DNA of 64,000 nucleotides, from contig JAKMXF010000077.1 of assembly GCA_024704765.1 (NCBI GenBank), forward strand, positions 1 through 64,000, read 5' to 3'. A program made the position numbers and the translations under genes. The DNA is from Oopsacas minuta. Taxonomy: Eukaryota; Animalia; Porifera. Below the pieces are notes generated by a model. The model made no database searches. It saw nothing but the letters and a program-made list of their open reading frames with translations, and was not told the DNA's origin. The number at the start of each line of letters is the position of its first letter. Position 1 is the first letter of the stretch. Of the stretch, positions 40,962 through 52,929 are shown piece by piece.

Positions 40962-42330
40962 CAGTACAACCCCGATTATCAGAACACATTTAGCAATATC
41001 TACGATAGTGACCGGATACTATTAAGTGAAATCGCATAAATCTTGCTGGATGAGTTAATTATAACAATAAATAGGCGTAAAATAGGATAAATTAGTAGAT
41101 ATTAACAGTTGTTCGCTTCGGGTGAGAACATCCTTTCTATGCAGCTAAATCCCTCAATGAGGACAAGAAAGAAATAGTATAAATTAGTCTTCCGATTGAT
41201 GCTCCACCACGTTAGATATTTACTAAATATTTCTACAATCTCCGTATTACATATTATGGTATGAGAATTAACATCTTGTATCTCATATTCCTCTGAGTAC
41301 TCCTTTTGATCGGGAGTGTTTAATTCAATGATTCAGAAACCGGACCATATACTTGCTCAACATGCACTACATTTGATTATCACTTAAATATTCATATCCC
41401 AAATCGTAACGAACCTAGCCAGTTGGATACATCCCTATCCTCAATTTATAACCTATGGTCTGTTAATTTTCCATTAATTCTGAATTTAAAGCTAAATCGT
41501 TGAAGTCATGACACGATGTGTTTTCTGGCCCACCAATAGAAATCTTTTTCCTTCAAGAACGCATGATGGTTTGTGCAGTCATAAAATCCAAGATACGGCA
41601 ATCTTTTCAATAACTTTGACCATGGTAATCCCTTGTAGAAATATAACGATATTCTTATATTCTTCCCAAATCAGATCTAGTAGGACTGAAGAATTATGCC
41701 TTCGTATAATAGTTTCTAAAACTCCTTGATCCATAAGTTGGATCACAATTGCAAAAGTTATGTGACAAAGATTTTGCATTATAAGACAACCATTCGAAAT
41801 CAAGTTACCAGAAGAGCTTATATGTTGATGTTTCTAAAACATCTAGGGTGTGAAAATTCTTCAATGAAAAGAAGAGGCAATTTTATTGATCCAGTAACAT
41901 TAGCACAGGCACTCACAGTAACTCGATCTTTCATTTCTTTCCGAACATTCACTTGTTTACCAAAGGCACGTATAAAGTTTGTGACTGAAGCTACATCACC
42001 TGATTCTCTCTTACCTCTATGCTTAACTCTTTGATGCGATGCCTCTTACCAAACCGTCATAAATCATGTATGTCAGTAAACAGATTTACACTTTAGAATA
42101 TAACTGAGGGAACAAAAGTCTTGCTTTCTCAACAACGATTGGTCCTGAAATTGGAATTCCATTTTCCAATTGTTGTCTAAACCAATGTGCAATACTTCTT
42201 CCAACTACTGAAATTCTCCAATCTTCATTGTCTTACATTTCCTTACGTTCATATCAACCATCTTAACCGAGAATCTTTCGAATTTATTTTGATTTTCTTT
42301 GTGTCCATTATCCTAGATAGCCCGATGTTG
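40962..42330 (-). mobile_element. Tigger/pogo-like element with degraded CENP-B-type transposase; one terminus only
   Basis: TA|CAGTACAACCCCGATTATC terminus at 40962. Minus-strand translation gives HWFRQQLENGIPISGPIVVEKAR (~42120-42190), KRHRIKELS and IQLMDQGVLETI (ORF 41579-41803). Confidence 0.8.
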
Positions 42331-45300
42331 TACTAAACTCAATTCACTCATCCGAACAGTAAATCGTTTACAGAATATAAATTACCATGATAAATATAAG
42401 TATTTGAAAAGATAATAGTAGATAGTTCATTTCTAAACAAGTATGCATCAACTCTCCTATAAATTTCAAACATCTGACGTATATATAAATCAAGTTCTCG
42501 ACAATCGAAAGCGAGTATTATACTAATTGATGGATAGATAAACAATTGTGTAAAACTATGATCCTGCGGACCCTTCCCCATAGTAATGATAAAGTTAGTT
42601 AGGAAATCAGTAGTGTTGAGAAATTCAAATTATAGGCTAAATTGAAATTATTTTAATGATATTTTTAAAGAAATTTTTCATCCATTGATTTGTAACTTTC
42701 AACGACAGAATGTGAGTAACGATTTACAAAATGGCTTCGTTGTCTGTGCAAAATTCAAATAGTATTGGCTCCTATAAAATACTTGTACTTTCTAGACATA
42801 TATGATGAGGAATTGGGGATGCTAAAACGCTCAAAGTTTTTAGAACGTTAATTCTATCTTCATATCCAACAGTTGATACGACAATTTTGTTATTGATATG
42901 GTAGGGATGGTTCAAAATACTTGGGAAATGAGAATTGTCTCTTTGCCTTAGCGTACTTTGAATGTGCTTCACTGCAATCGAACTTGTTAACCTCGAGCTT
43001 CTACTCTCTATGCGAAATTTGCGCCCGTATTTGAAGAGTTATGAGGATGTGACATAATGCTTTGACAAAACTTATCTAAGTGATTATCCCTATATCTCCC
43101 ACATATGCTATACATCAGTTTGCATGGTAACTGCTCTAATGATATAAGTTCTTAGAGCCTAATTATATACTTTAAATTACTTAGAGAAGATGCATTGATG
43201 TGACAAACATCACATCGATTTTCTGAGTCAAACCCCGAAGTGGTTCGAGTAATAGTGTAATAAATAAGTAATCTATAATGGTTGGAAGAAACTCAACATT
43301 TGGGCGATCTTATCCCCATTTCTTGAAAGTATTTTACCAGTTTGAAAGTTGAAATCGGGCCCGACATATGCTATAATGTACTTTTGGTTTACACAGATCT
43401 GTTAACTCTGATACGAAGTGTATTTGGTAGTAATTCTGAGCTCTTTTACATGTCAATTGCGAAGGTGGTTGCTGAAGCGATTCTCTGAGTAGAGCATGGA
43501 ACTAAGTCGTATATAGCAAAATGGACAAAACCTCCTAGAAATTTTAATATGATAATTATCATAACGGTCTGATATCTCATTTAGTATGGCAAAATTGAAA
43601 ATTATTTGAAAGATAAATATAGATATCTACAGAGTCAAGAAACCTATATGCCAAATAGTTGAAATACTAGTTACATACATTTCAATGAGTACAAGATACT
43701 CTAAATTCAGTTTCATAAAATTGAGGTTTCCAGGAAATACTTGCGAAGTGTTCATTGTAATCAAAAGATAGCATCGTCAAGTAGGTTAACATCATTTACA
43801 TGCTTTCAATAGGATCATCGAGTTTAGACTTAGATGGCTTATAACAAGTACTATAATAAGAAAGGAGAAATGTTGAATATTTTTCAGAAATGATATTGAC
43901 GAACAATATCAGCAATTAATTTTGTTTTAGCAGCCATTATATCTTTGTATTCCCTGCAATGTGACAAAAATACATTTAATGTGAATAATAGTGATCGTTT
44001 ATGTAAAACCCAATATTAATAAATCTGAAATGGGAAAAAGTAAATCTGTCCGAAAATCTGCAAATAATAGGGGTCAACATTCATAGTTCCTCATATTTTT
44101 CAGATCTATATTCAATTTCATTAATCCTAGAAAATGGGATAAATAAACTTAAATGCCTGATGTTCGATACTGATTAACAATTTTTCGCCTTGATAGCATT
44201 AGCAAAATTGGAGAATTAGGGTTAGGAATATAACTAGGCAAAGAAAAATTTCCTGTGGTCACAATGGCTTCGTGTTATATGTACCGGAAATTGGATTGCA
44301 CTCTTTATCCACTCATTTGCGTAGATGATTTATTCAACTTTTTCGGAAAGGGTTTATACCTGTGCAGACTAAAATCGTCATTAATGATTCAATTTATTAA
44401 TACATCGAATGAGATGGTAACAAGGATAGGCTAGAATTTAGGTCATTATTACAATTGGTGAATATGTTTAGATGGTTACAATAATATTCATGGATTGTTA
44501 TGGTAAATTATATGTGAAAATTCGCTAAATGTAAATTTGAGTTAGTGCTATAGAATTGTTAGGATCTTAGATTATAGGAAGTTTCTTGAAATCTTCAAAA
44601 TCTTTCAATAGTCTATGTAGGCATATATTAAATCCGTTGAATTTCATTTCCTAACATTTTGAATTCGAAATCAATAAAAAGATGAGTTAGCTTACTGATA
44701 ACGAGAGGTTCCACCATATCCAATGGAATATTCACTTCCCGCCACTCGCCTTCTAGTTGATCTACTGACTATTTAATTTTCTTGATGCTCTAAGAAATTT
44801 TATAGACCATAGTGTATACAAAAGGCTCCAAATCTTCCTCTAGATTGAGGGCTACTACTATTTCTTGGACTGTTAGATTGATATCAAAGTCATTCATTCC
44901 GAAGTGAAGTCAGGTCAAGACTATTTTAAGATAAATAAATGATCAGCCATTACAAAATGATGAGATTATACATATAATAGAGCATCTATTTAGGTATGTA
45001 AATGTTATATTATTATATATTGAGACTTTAAATTTTGATGATGATCTAGTAACCTTATTAATGAGTATTCTTAAATATAGCAACGCAAATACATGATTGG
45101 AATTTAAGGAATCTTTTCTGGTTGCATATCGAAATTTAACCTTGTGAGAACTTATGCCCGGCCCTGTATAACAACATTAGGTGTTTGAAATTTGTTAATG
45201 AGGTGTTGAATATGGTACTTGACCAGAGATAAAGTCTCATTACATTTGATTCAAATTGAGTCGACAGGATAGTAGTACGAGGCAATTTGAAATCTCACAT

Positions 45301-45709
45301 ATATTTGATTCAAGTTGTAGTATGTCGCTTGTAGTACAGAGTGTGTTACCAGCTACATTCTCTATTATGATAAGTTCTGACAGACAAATCGAAAGACACA
45401 AATATATGTGTTTACAATAACAATTTGTGAATATAACAAGATGGATGAATATCCGCAGAACGTGATTGTCAAAGAAAGTTTGCTGCAAGGTTGTATAAGG
45501 TAATCGCCTAAAATGATATGGGTGATTAATTATAAAAGGAAAATTCGAAAAATCCCTTTGTGGTTAATAAGCACATATCGAAAATATGCTTATTCTCCAA
45601 AAATTTTTTGGAATTTTGTGTTTACAGTCACTCAAAATATATTTTAGTGAGTTATGTTATAGAGGATACTTTGCAAATTTGTATATACTAGTCACCAGTT
45701 ATTGAAATA

Positions 45710-47053
45710 CAGCCGGCCAAAAAGAATTGCTCAAAATGAATGTATACAGTATAGTAAGTGTCAAATTGTATACACTGACCAGATAGTTGAATTCTTGCGA
45801 AACTATACTCAGCCATATGTATTTAGACAAGTAACACACCAACACAGCTAATCCACTCATTATAGTTGCACAACTAACGGTTTTTATTCTGTATTCTGTT
45901 TTTCCAATTTATCTGTTTTTATCGAATTTTCAATGCCTTCTAAACCGCGAATTTCCATTGAAAATCGGGCCAACCTGATACTACTTTCAGAAAGCCATAC
46001 TCGGAGGGAGGTAGCTAAAATTGTTGGGTCTAGCCAAAAAAGTGTAACCGAGATCCTTAAGAAACACAGGCTGACTGGCACGGTAAGAGACCTCGCTATT
46101 CCGGGTAGGACTCGTGTCACAACCAAAAGGCAAGGCAATTTATTGGTCAGAAAATGTAAAAAGGATCGGTTTAAGACTGCTACTCAGATCATAGCTGAAG
46201 TGTTACAGAATATTCGATAAAAATTTCCACTTCAACAGTTCAGAGAAGGTTACGAGGGGCTGAACTGTTCGACGAAAACCGTGAAGGAAGCCCCGCCTTA
46301 CTACCAAGCACAAAAGAGACCGACTTTCCTTCGCAAGATCGCACAAGAATTGAAATACCGAAGAATGAGGAAGAGTTGTGTTCGGTGACGAATCTAGGTT
46401 CCTTCTGTAATCTAATGACGGGAGAGCCTACGTCAGGAGGATGAAAGGGGAGGAGTTCTCAGGGAGGTGTCTTCAAAAAATTTGCAAGTTTGGTGGAGGT
46501 GGCATAATGGCTTGGGGATGCTTTTGCTGGAGTGGCGTAGGACTCTTGTGGAAAGTATCTGGGTACCTCAAGACAAATTCCTACATTGATATATTGGAAA
46601 AAGCACTAATCCCAAGCGTTGATTTGCATTCTCTACATTCTGGATGGAACTTTCAGCAAGACAACGCTCCATGCCATAAGTCAAAGGGTACTAAGCAATG
46701 GTTTGGTGAGCAAAAACTGAAGGTCATGAATTGGCCTGCTCAATCACCTGATCTAAATCCGATTGAGAATTTTGGGATCACATTTCCCTCCGAATTCAAG
46801 AGAAAAGCCAATCCAACCACTCAGAGTTGTGGAATGCCATATTAAGCACTTGGGATAGCATCGACACTAACAGGCTCCATACTCTAATTGAGATTATGAC
46901 GCAAAAATGTAAAGCCATAATTCAAGCAAGAGGAGATTATACTAAATACTAACTACAATTTACTTGATTATAATAAAGCATTATTGTTAAATCAGTCATA
47001 GATATAAGAAATTGCGGTAAATTTATTCTGAGCAATTCTTTTGACCGGCACTG
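45710..47053 (+). mobile_element. Tc1 (DD34E) element, full length, degraded transposase
   Basis: TIRs CAG(TG)CCGG(C/T)CAAAA(A)GAATTGCTCA(A/G)AAT with TA on both sides. Motifs include an HTH region MPSKPRISIENRANLILL, VVFGDESR, GGGGIMAWGCF, and QQDNAPCH...WPAQSPDLNPIEN (34-residue spacing). Confidence 0.92.
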
Positions 47054-48559
47054 TAGATATTATAAAGTAGTAAGTCACAAAATTGAACAAAAGTTCAGAG
47101 CAATAATTTTCGTTTCCCGGCTATGACCACATCCCTAGTCGAACTTGTATATTTAGTATGAGGCCTTGTGTATAGAAAGCTATGGAAAAATGATAATTGC
47201 AGAAACTTGAAAGAGACTCAACTTTACAATAAATAATATAATAATTCAGTAAGCATGAGTAAAGGATTTATAGAAATAACTATATTCTAGCTAGATCCGT
47301 TCCTTCGTAATGATAGTCTTACCTTAGTAAAATATAACAATATTCAAGAATTTAACTCAAGGGGTCGCTGGGATAAAATATCTAAGTGAAACTGAGATCA
47401 TTCTGTGTTTACCTTAAATATCTCTCTCTCTCTCTCTGTCATCAGTTCCAGTGCTTTTACTGCAGGCCAACAACATTTACCTTCTTCAATATCTGTCCCA
47501 ATCTTACCCATGACAGTAGGATCTCCAAAACAATCCAGAAAATCGTCCTATATAATGCAAAACCTTGATCTAATAAGGATGTAAAAGAAAAGTTTTTAAA
47601 TGCTTGTTACTTTAAAATATATAACACTACGTAACTGTCTTGAAACTATATATTAGATATCAATATTGTTAAAATACAGAAAGGATGTAAAGATATGATG
47701 TAGTGATCATTTGGTTACTTGGCTAACGGTTAACTGCGCTATATATATATATATAGCTAACGCTATGAGAAAGCATTTTCTTTGAACACCTGCGTTTGCA
47801 AGGCATACTTGCAGATACACATTCAGATGAAACAATATCGGATGCCATACCCCTTATAAATAATTATGTGAATTCAGGGTTTTCTTTACAGGATTTTTGC
47901 TGGAGGGGAACGTTTGATCACACACTATAAAGAACACTTTCCCATCTAAATTGTATCATACATATTAATTTTGTTGTACATTACTAACTATCCATTATTA
48001 ACCGATTACGCCGAAGTGCTACATTCGTAACCAAAAGGAACACGTTAATTTACCAGTTCGTTTTACTCAAATCGGCACCCAAATCGAGATTTCTGCACAA
48101 TTGGACGTCATACAATGACTCACTTTCCTGGTAGTATTCAGTTGATAGAGAAGGTTTACCAAAGAAATTCAAAATAAAATAGGCCAAAGGCCAAATTATT
48201 CATTATAAACTGGCTAATTGGGACTATATTTGTTCAATTTTGCTTAGATATATTTTCATTATATTACTAGTCTTTTAGAAATATATTGTTGATAATAGTC
48301 ACTGAAAATGTCCTAATTGATGGGATGAATTTTCAAAAATTGGGACAATACTGGCGTTGTGCCTGTATTTTCCCAGCCTTTGACACTAGGAAAATGTCTA
48401 TATAAAAGTAAATTTATACTAATAATAATAATAGTCATTAATCATTATAATAATAATAGTACAGAATTTACGAACGCTCTCCACAAATTGCCTCAAAGCG
48501 TTTAAAATTCAGAATGATTACGTATGTACAGACCAAAAAATAAGTGTGATTGAAAGTGT

Positions 48560-49410
48560 CATAGAAGTAGAGTTTCTAATATGAACCGAAAGAAATTCCA
48601 AAGCCGTGGGGCTGCTATGGAAAAAGGACAAATCCATAAAGTTCTGTGATCTTCTTGATCGAGGCTGCCTAAGTTGGTTAGCATTGTAATCATAAAATTC
48701 ATCAATTCTGATTGACTTGATCTTCCTAGTGGATATCTTAATCTTAGGCAAATGAAGAGAAGGGCAACAAAGTCTAGAAAAAGTGAAAGAGTGATCCGAA
48801 AAATGTGTATGAAAAGATTTGTATTGAAAGAATATAATTACAGCCCATCTGCCTTGTAATAACCAAATCCAGGGTATGGCCAAAACAATGAGTTGGACCA
48901 TAAACATGTTGCTGTAAGCCAAACGTGGTCAATATTTCATTGAAGAGTATAGTGTGTGCATTAGATGGAACATCTATAGGAATATTTAAATCAAAAAGGA
49001 AAATTAGCTAATTGCTGGAGGTAACTAATCGTTGAAGTATGAGAGAACTCTGAAATAAAATGAATTAATGTCTAACTATTTTTGACAAAGGTGGCGGACG
49101 CTATATTGAGATAATTCTGAAAGACACTTTGTCCGTTGACATAAAAATCCAGATACTCAAAAGAATCATATTTCGGTCCTTTCTCAATCCAGGGTTAGAA
49201 ATGACTGCAATCCCACCCCACAACCAGGACGCGAATGGATGGCTATCTCGTGAAGGGGTAGTGTGTCATTGAGAATAGAAAGTGAATGATCATTAAAATG
49301 CTTCAGCCAAGTTAAACAAATAACAGAGACATCCAACTTATTTGAGGTAACCATTTCAGCCACAAGACATAATCTTGTTATTAACTGAGCATACATACCA
49401 TATACCAATT
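48560..49410 (-). mobile_element. LINE (L2/CR1-group-like) AP-endonuclease fragment
   Basis: Minus-strand motifs: KIGIWYVCSVNNK (NxRS motif), KLDVSVICLT-WL (CLTETWL), RPGCGVG, GHTLDLVITRQ and HFSDH. Confidence 0.75.
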
Positions 49411-49551
49411 TTACAATCATGCTGTTCATGAACTCGCGATACACTACAGGAATCCTGATTTAATGAAGAAAAGTGAGAGATTACGTCAGGGCGTAAAAAG
49501 AAAGGAGAAATTGAAAGAAAGCGAAATCAACAAATAGCCTATAGGGCAGCC

Positions 49552-52500
49552 CACAGTGTGGCAATATGGGGAAATAGGCATATTTAAAAAAACATATTTC
49601 AATGCATTTTTCGAATTCTCCATAGTTCAATTAGTACGAAAATATCATTGGCAGCATTAGAAGCAGTTAGGAATCCTAACTACGCACAACTTTGTTATGT
49701 GTTTCTAATAATAGAAATATACATTTTCAAACCGTAAATTCCTATGCCCTAATGTATGTAATCATATTTGATGTAAATACTAAATATAAGAGTGAAAAAC
49801 ATCTTCTGATGATAAATCTATATTGTAACAACAATTTAATCATTGATAGGTTAGTCTAGATATTCATTTGTACTTTTTTCCGGGTGTCTAGTTTGGCCCT
49901 CCCAAAGTTATAATTTGGAATTTTTTCTCATTGATTGAAGTGTAGCATCTCTTGTTTGACAAAATTTGACAAAACGTTATTAATATATACGTAATATTAC
50001 TATATTTAGTCAACTATTTAATCACTTTCCAGGCTTGCCAAAAGCTGCCCAAAAATTTATCACGTCATTCATTGTCCGACCGGACAAAAATCCGAAAAAT
50101 ATATTTTTCATACGTTTCAAATTTTTTCAGTAAAATTCTCTATTTTGCTGGTTATTAGTTATTCCAATACCCTACAATCATATATCATAATGTTTCTATG
50201 TTAAAGTAGCCCTTTTGCGGATCATGTCTGTACTAATCACGAACAATAAGGCATATAATTTGTATTTTTCAAATGGAAGAAGTGTTACAGTCTCTGTTAG
50301 GAAACTTATTGAGAACAACCATTTATCCGATGAAGAAACTGCTACTCTCCATTTAAAATTTAAATCACTTCTAACATCCAGAGAGGCGTACCGCAGGAAG
50401 GATCTTGAAACATGGGATAATATGATTTTCCACTCTACTCATCTAACAATATCCAATCCAAGAAAGAGAATATCGCTTGATCCTGAATTTTCTTTAGTCA
50501 CTGATTCTGAAAATCGAAACTTTTCAGAACAGATTGTAACTGAATCCCGGAATGATACTCTCGAATGTCGCATGAAGACTTCCAGATCGAGACTTGGTGT
50601 TCTTTTGGAGCATGTGGACTTTTTAGCAGAGAGAGAAAAGATTGAGCCTAAACAACCACTCGCTCTAGCTTTAGAATTCGTCTCAAATAAATCCTATGAC
50701 CGTGATACTTCAGACATGTGCAGAGAAATAATTGATAAGGGATCTTTTAGCGGTGTATTGAACAAAGTACAAATCTCTAAATGTGCTTATATATTGGACA
50801 GCTTAGAAATTGGGGCGAGTAAATACACGAATCTGAAAAGAGTTCTCAAAGGTGATGTTAAGCTTCCTTCCTATAAGCTTGTCTCGCAATATCGTAGGGA
50901 AATAAGCCTAATAAATGAAATGGAAATAGTTAGAGACCCGAAACATTGTCAATTGGGACTTGCGTCTCTTATCATTCCATCCTTAGTCTGACCATTCAAC
51001 GCTTGCTTTCAACATTAGACCCAGTTCCTGATTCACACTACCCACTAAAAATTAAGATATCTGATGGATTGGATGGCTCCGGTTGTCATCAAACCTATAA
51101 CGAACAAAGCAACATTTCTGTATTAAGCACAAAAACTTTCATTTTGTTCGGATTCAAAGTAATATCAATTACAGACACACTTGGAAATGACGTGTTCTAT
51201 AACAGCTCACCCAACTCTCCGTTCTGCTTTAGGCCAGTAGCACTGATAGCTTTGAAAGAAGATTATTCTTGTGTAAAGCTTATCATGAATACAATAGTCA
51301 ATCCTCAAACAGACCATATCATACAGGATGGGTTATCTCTTGTTGGAGGCCATGCACAGGTCGAGATAGTCCGTTCCCTTTTTGATATCAAGATGGCAGG
51401 ATTGCTGGATGGAGCTGGTGTGGCTTCTTGTCATCTGTGTACTGCAACGGATAGCCAAATTAAAAGTTTAGAATGGGTCCATTCTGGTTTCCCTATTAAC
51501 AGATTAATTAGCGACGCTCGGCAACTTTTTGAAGAGGTTGATGAAGAAGATTACTTGAAACTCCCATCAAATCAACGTGTTGGTATTACGCATCAACCAA
51601 CTTCTAACATCGATATTATAGCTGCGTCTCCTTTGCATGCTTACCTTTGTGTATTCAGGTGGTTCATGCTGTTGATATACCATCTTGATGCAGGACACAA
51701 GGTATGGGCGCCATCAAACTCGAAATTAAATTCTTCCATGAAACAGGTGCGAGCTATACTCCAGGAAAGATGTAATTTCAGTGTCGATATCCCTTCAAGC
51801 CAGGTCGGCACTTCAACCACTGGTAACATTGCGCGAGACTGCTTTTTAAATAAGAGAGACTTTTTGATGTGGACCACTTCTACCATTAATACTTCAGATG
51901 AAATATCATTAGAGAAGATCCAGACAAATCTATCTGTTTTGTTAAGACTCCTCAACAGTGGTGACTTGATTAACTGTGACAAAATGCAAGAATTGTGCAA
52001 AGAAGCGTACGAATTTATTCTAGTTGAGTACCCATGGGCAAGCATCACTCCATCTTTGCACAAGTTACATGCCCATTCGTTTCAGTTAATAGGTGCTTAT
52101 AATAATGGTAAGGGATTACAGAATCTCTCTGAGGAATGTTTAGAATCCTGCAATGAATTTGTAAGGCGGTATCGGGAGAATCTTGCAAGAAAAACTTCTT
52201 TCACAGATAATGTTAGAGACATTTTAGTCAGGTTGTTATGTTGTAGTGACCCCATCTTAATACAGAATCGTTTGATGCACGCAAAGAAGAAAAGAGACGT
52301 TGCAAATAGCCTCCAAGAGATATTATATAATAGTATGCTATCACATGATTTATGACAATAAGTACATCCAATAGTCATACATAATTAAGGGTCTTTAAAT
52401 TGTACGTTATCAAATAGCAGAATAGAGACCATGACATGCATGTATTATCAACTTTCATAATCTCCTCACTAACGAACCGCAAGTGTTAAAAATTAGAAAA

Positions 52501-52661
52501 TGTCAGTAATTACGTCATAACTAGGTTTATAGTCGTGCTACTAAAAAACCATTGGTATTTTTGAAATCTACAGTGTAGATTTAGTATATGTAAGTATAAT
52601 TGTGGTGATGATACAGATTCATTTACCTATTTCCCCATTATGGCCATTCTGCCACACTGTG
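49552..52661 (+). mobile_element. Transib/RAG1-like transposon C, full length (3110 bp), RSS-heptamer ends, 5-bp TSD CAGCC
   Basis: Both ends begin CACAGTGTGGCA (49552, and the reverse complement ending at 52661). CAGCC occurs at 49547-49551 and 52662-52666. Confidence 0.96.
50224..52355 (+). pseudogene. Transib/RAG1-core-like DDE transposase, ~710 aa if the single frameshift at ~50935-50945 is corrected
   Basis: ORFs 50215-50991 and 50946-52355 overlap in different frames. Catalytic candidates: D in GLDGSG (51072), D in SLFDIK (51384) and E in SEECLES (52143). Zinc ligands: CHLC and HKLHAH. GTSTTGNIAR and RRYRENLARKTS correspond to RAG1 GNFAR and RRFRKMNARQS. Confidence 0.92.
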
Positions 52662-52929
52662 CAGCCATCTCGTCAAAAATGTTGTATAATTTCTATATTG
52701 CTTTTGAGTGAATTTAAATGGACAGTTTTGTCTTTTTATTCAATCAAGATTTTAAGCACCTTTTGACGTCGTAATGTGCCCCTTTTTCCTGGCACTATTT
52801 GGTATATCTGTAGGAATTCTAGGAGGGGGACCGGATGTGGAAAAGTCCCAGAGCGCCACCCATCTGTATGAAACTATGGAAGTAGATAAAGGAGATATTT
52901 TTGAATTATCTGATATTGATCAAATTGGG

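Noticed and set aside
44260-44295. CACAATGGCTTCG...GGAAATTG as another Transib end
   Set aside because: The inner motif is one base off the expected position, and there is no partner end, TSD or adjacent transposase homology.
49559-49600. Canonical RSS nonamer (ACAAAAACC) after the heptamer
   Set aside because: Only a loose A-tract (TTTAAAAAAAC) follows the C left end, not at 12- or 23-nt spacing, and it is absent from the other ends. These are transposon ends, not true RSSs.
50930-50950. Programmed ribosomal frameshift in element C
   Set aside because: No XXXYYYZ slippery heptamer at the junction. A 1-bp deletion or a sequencing error is simpler.
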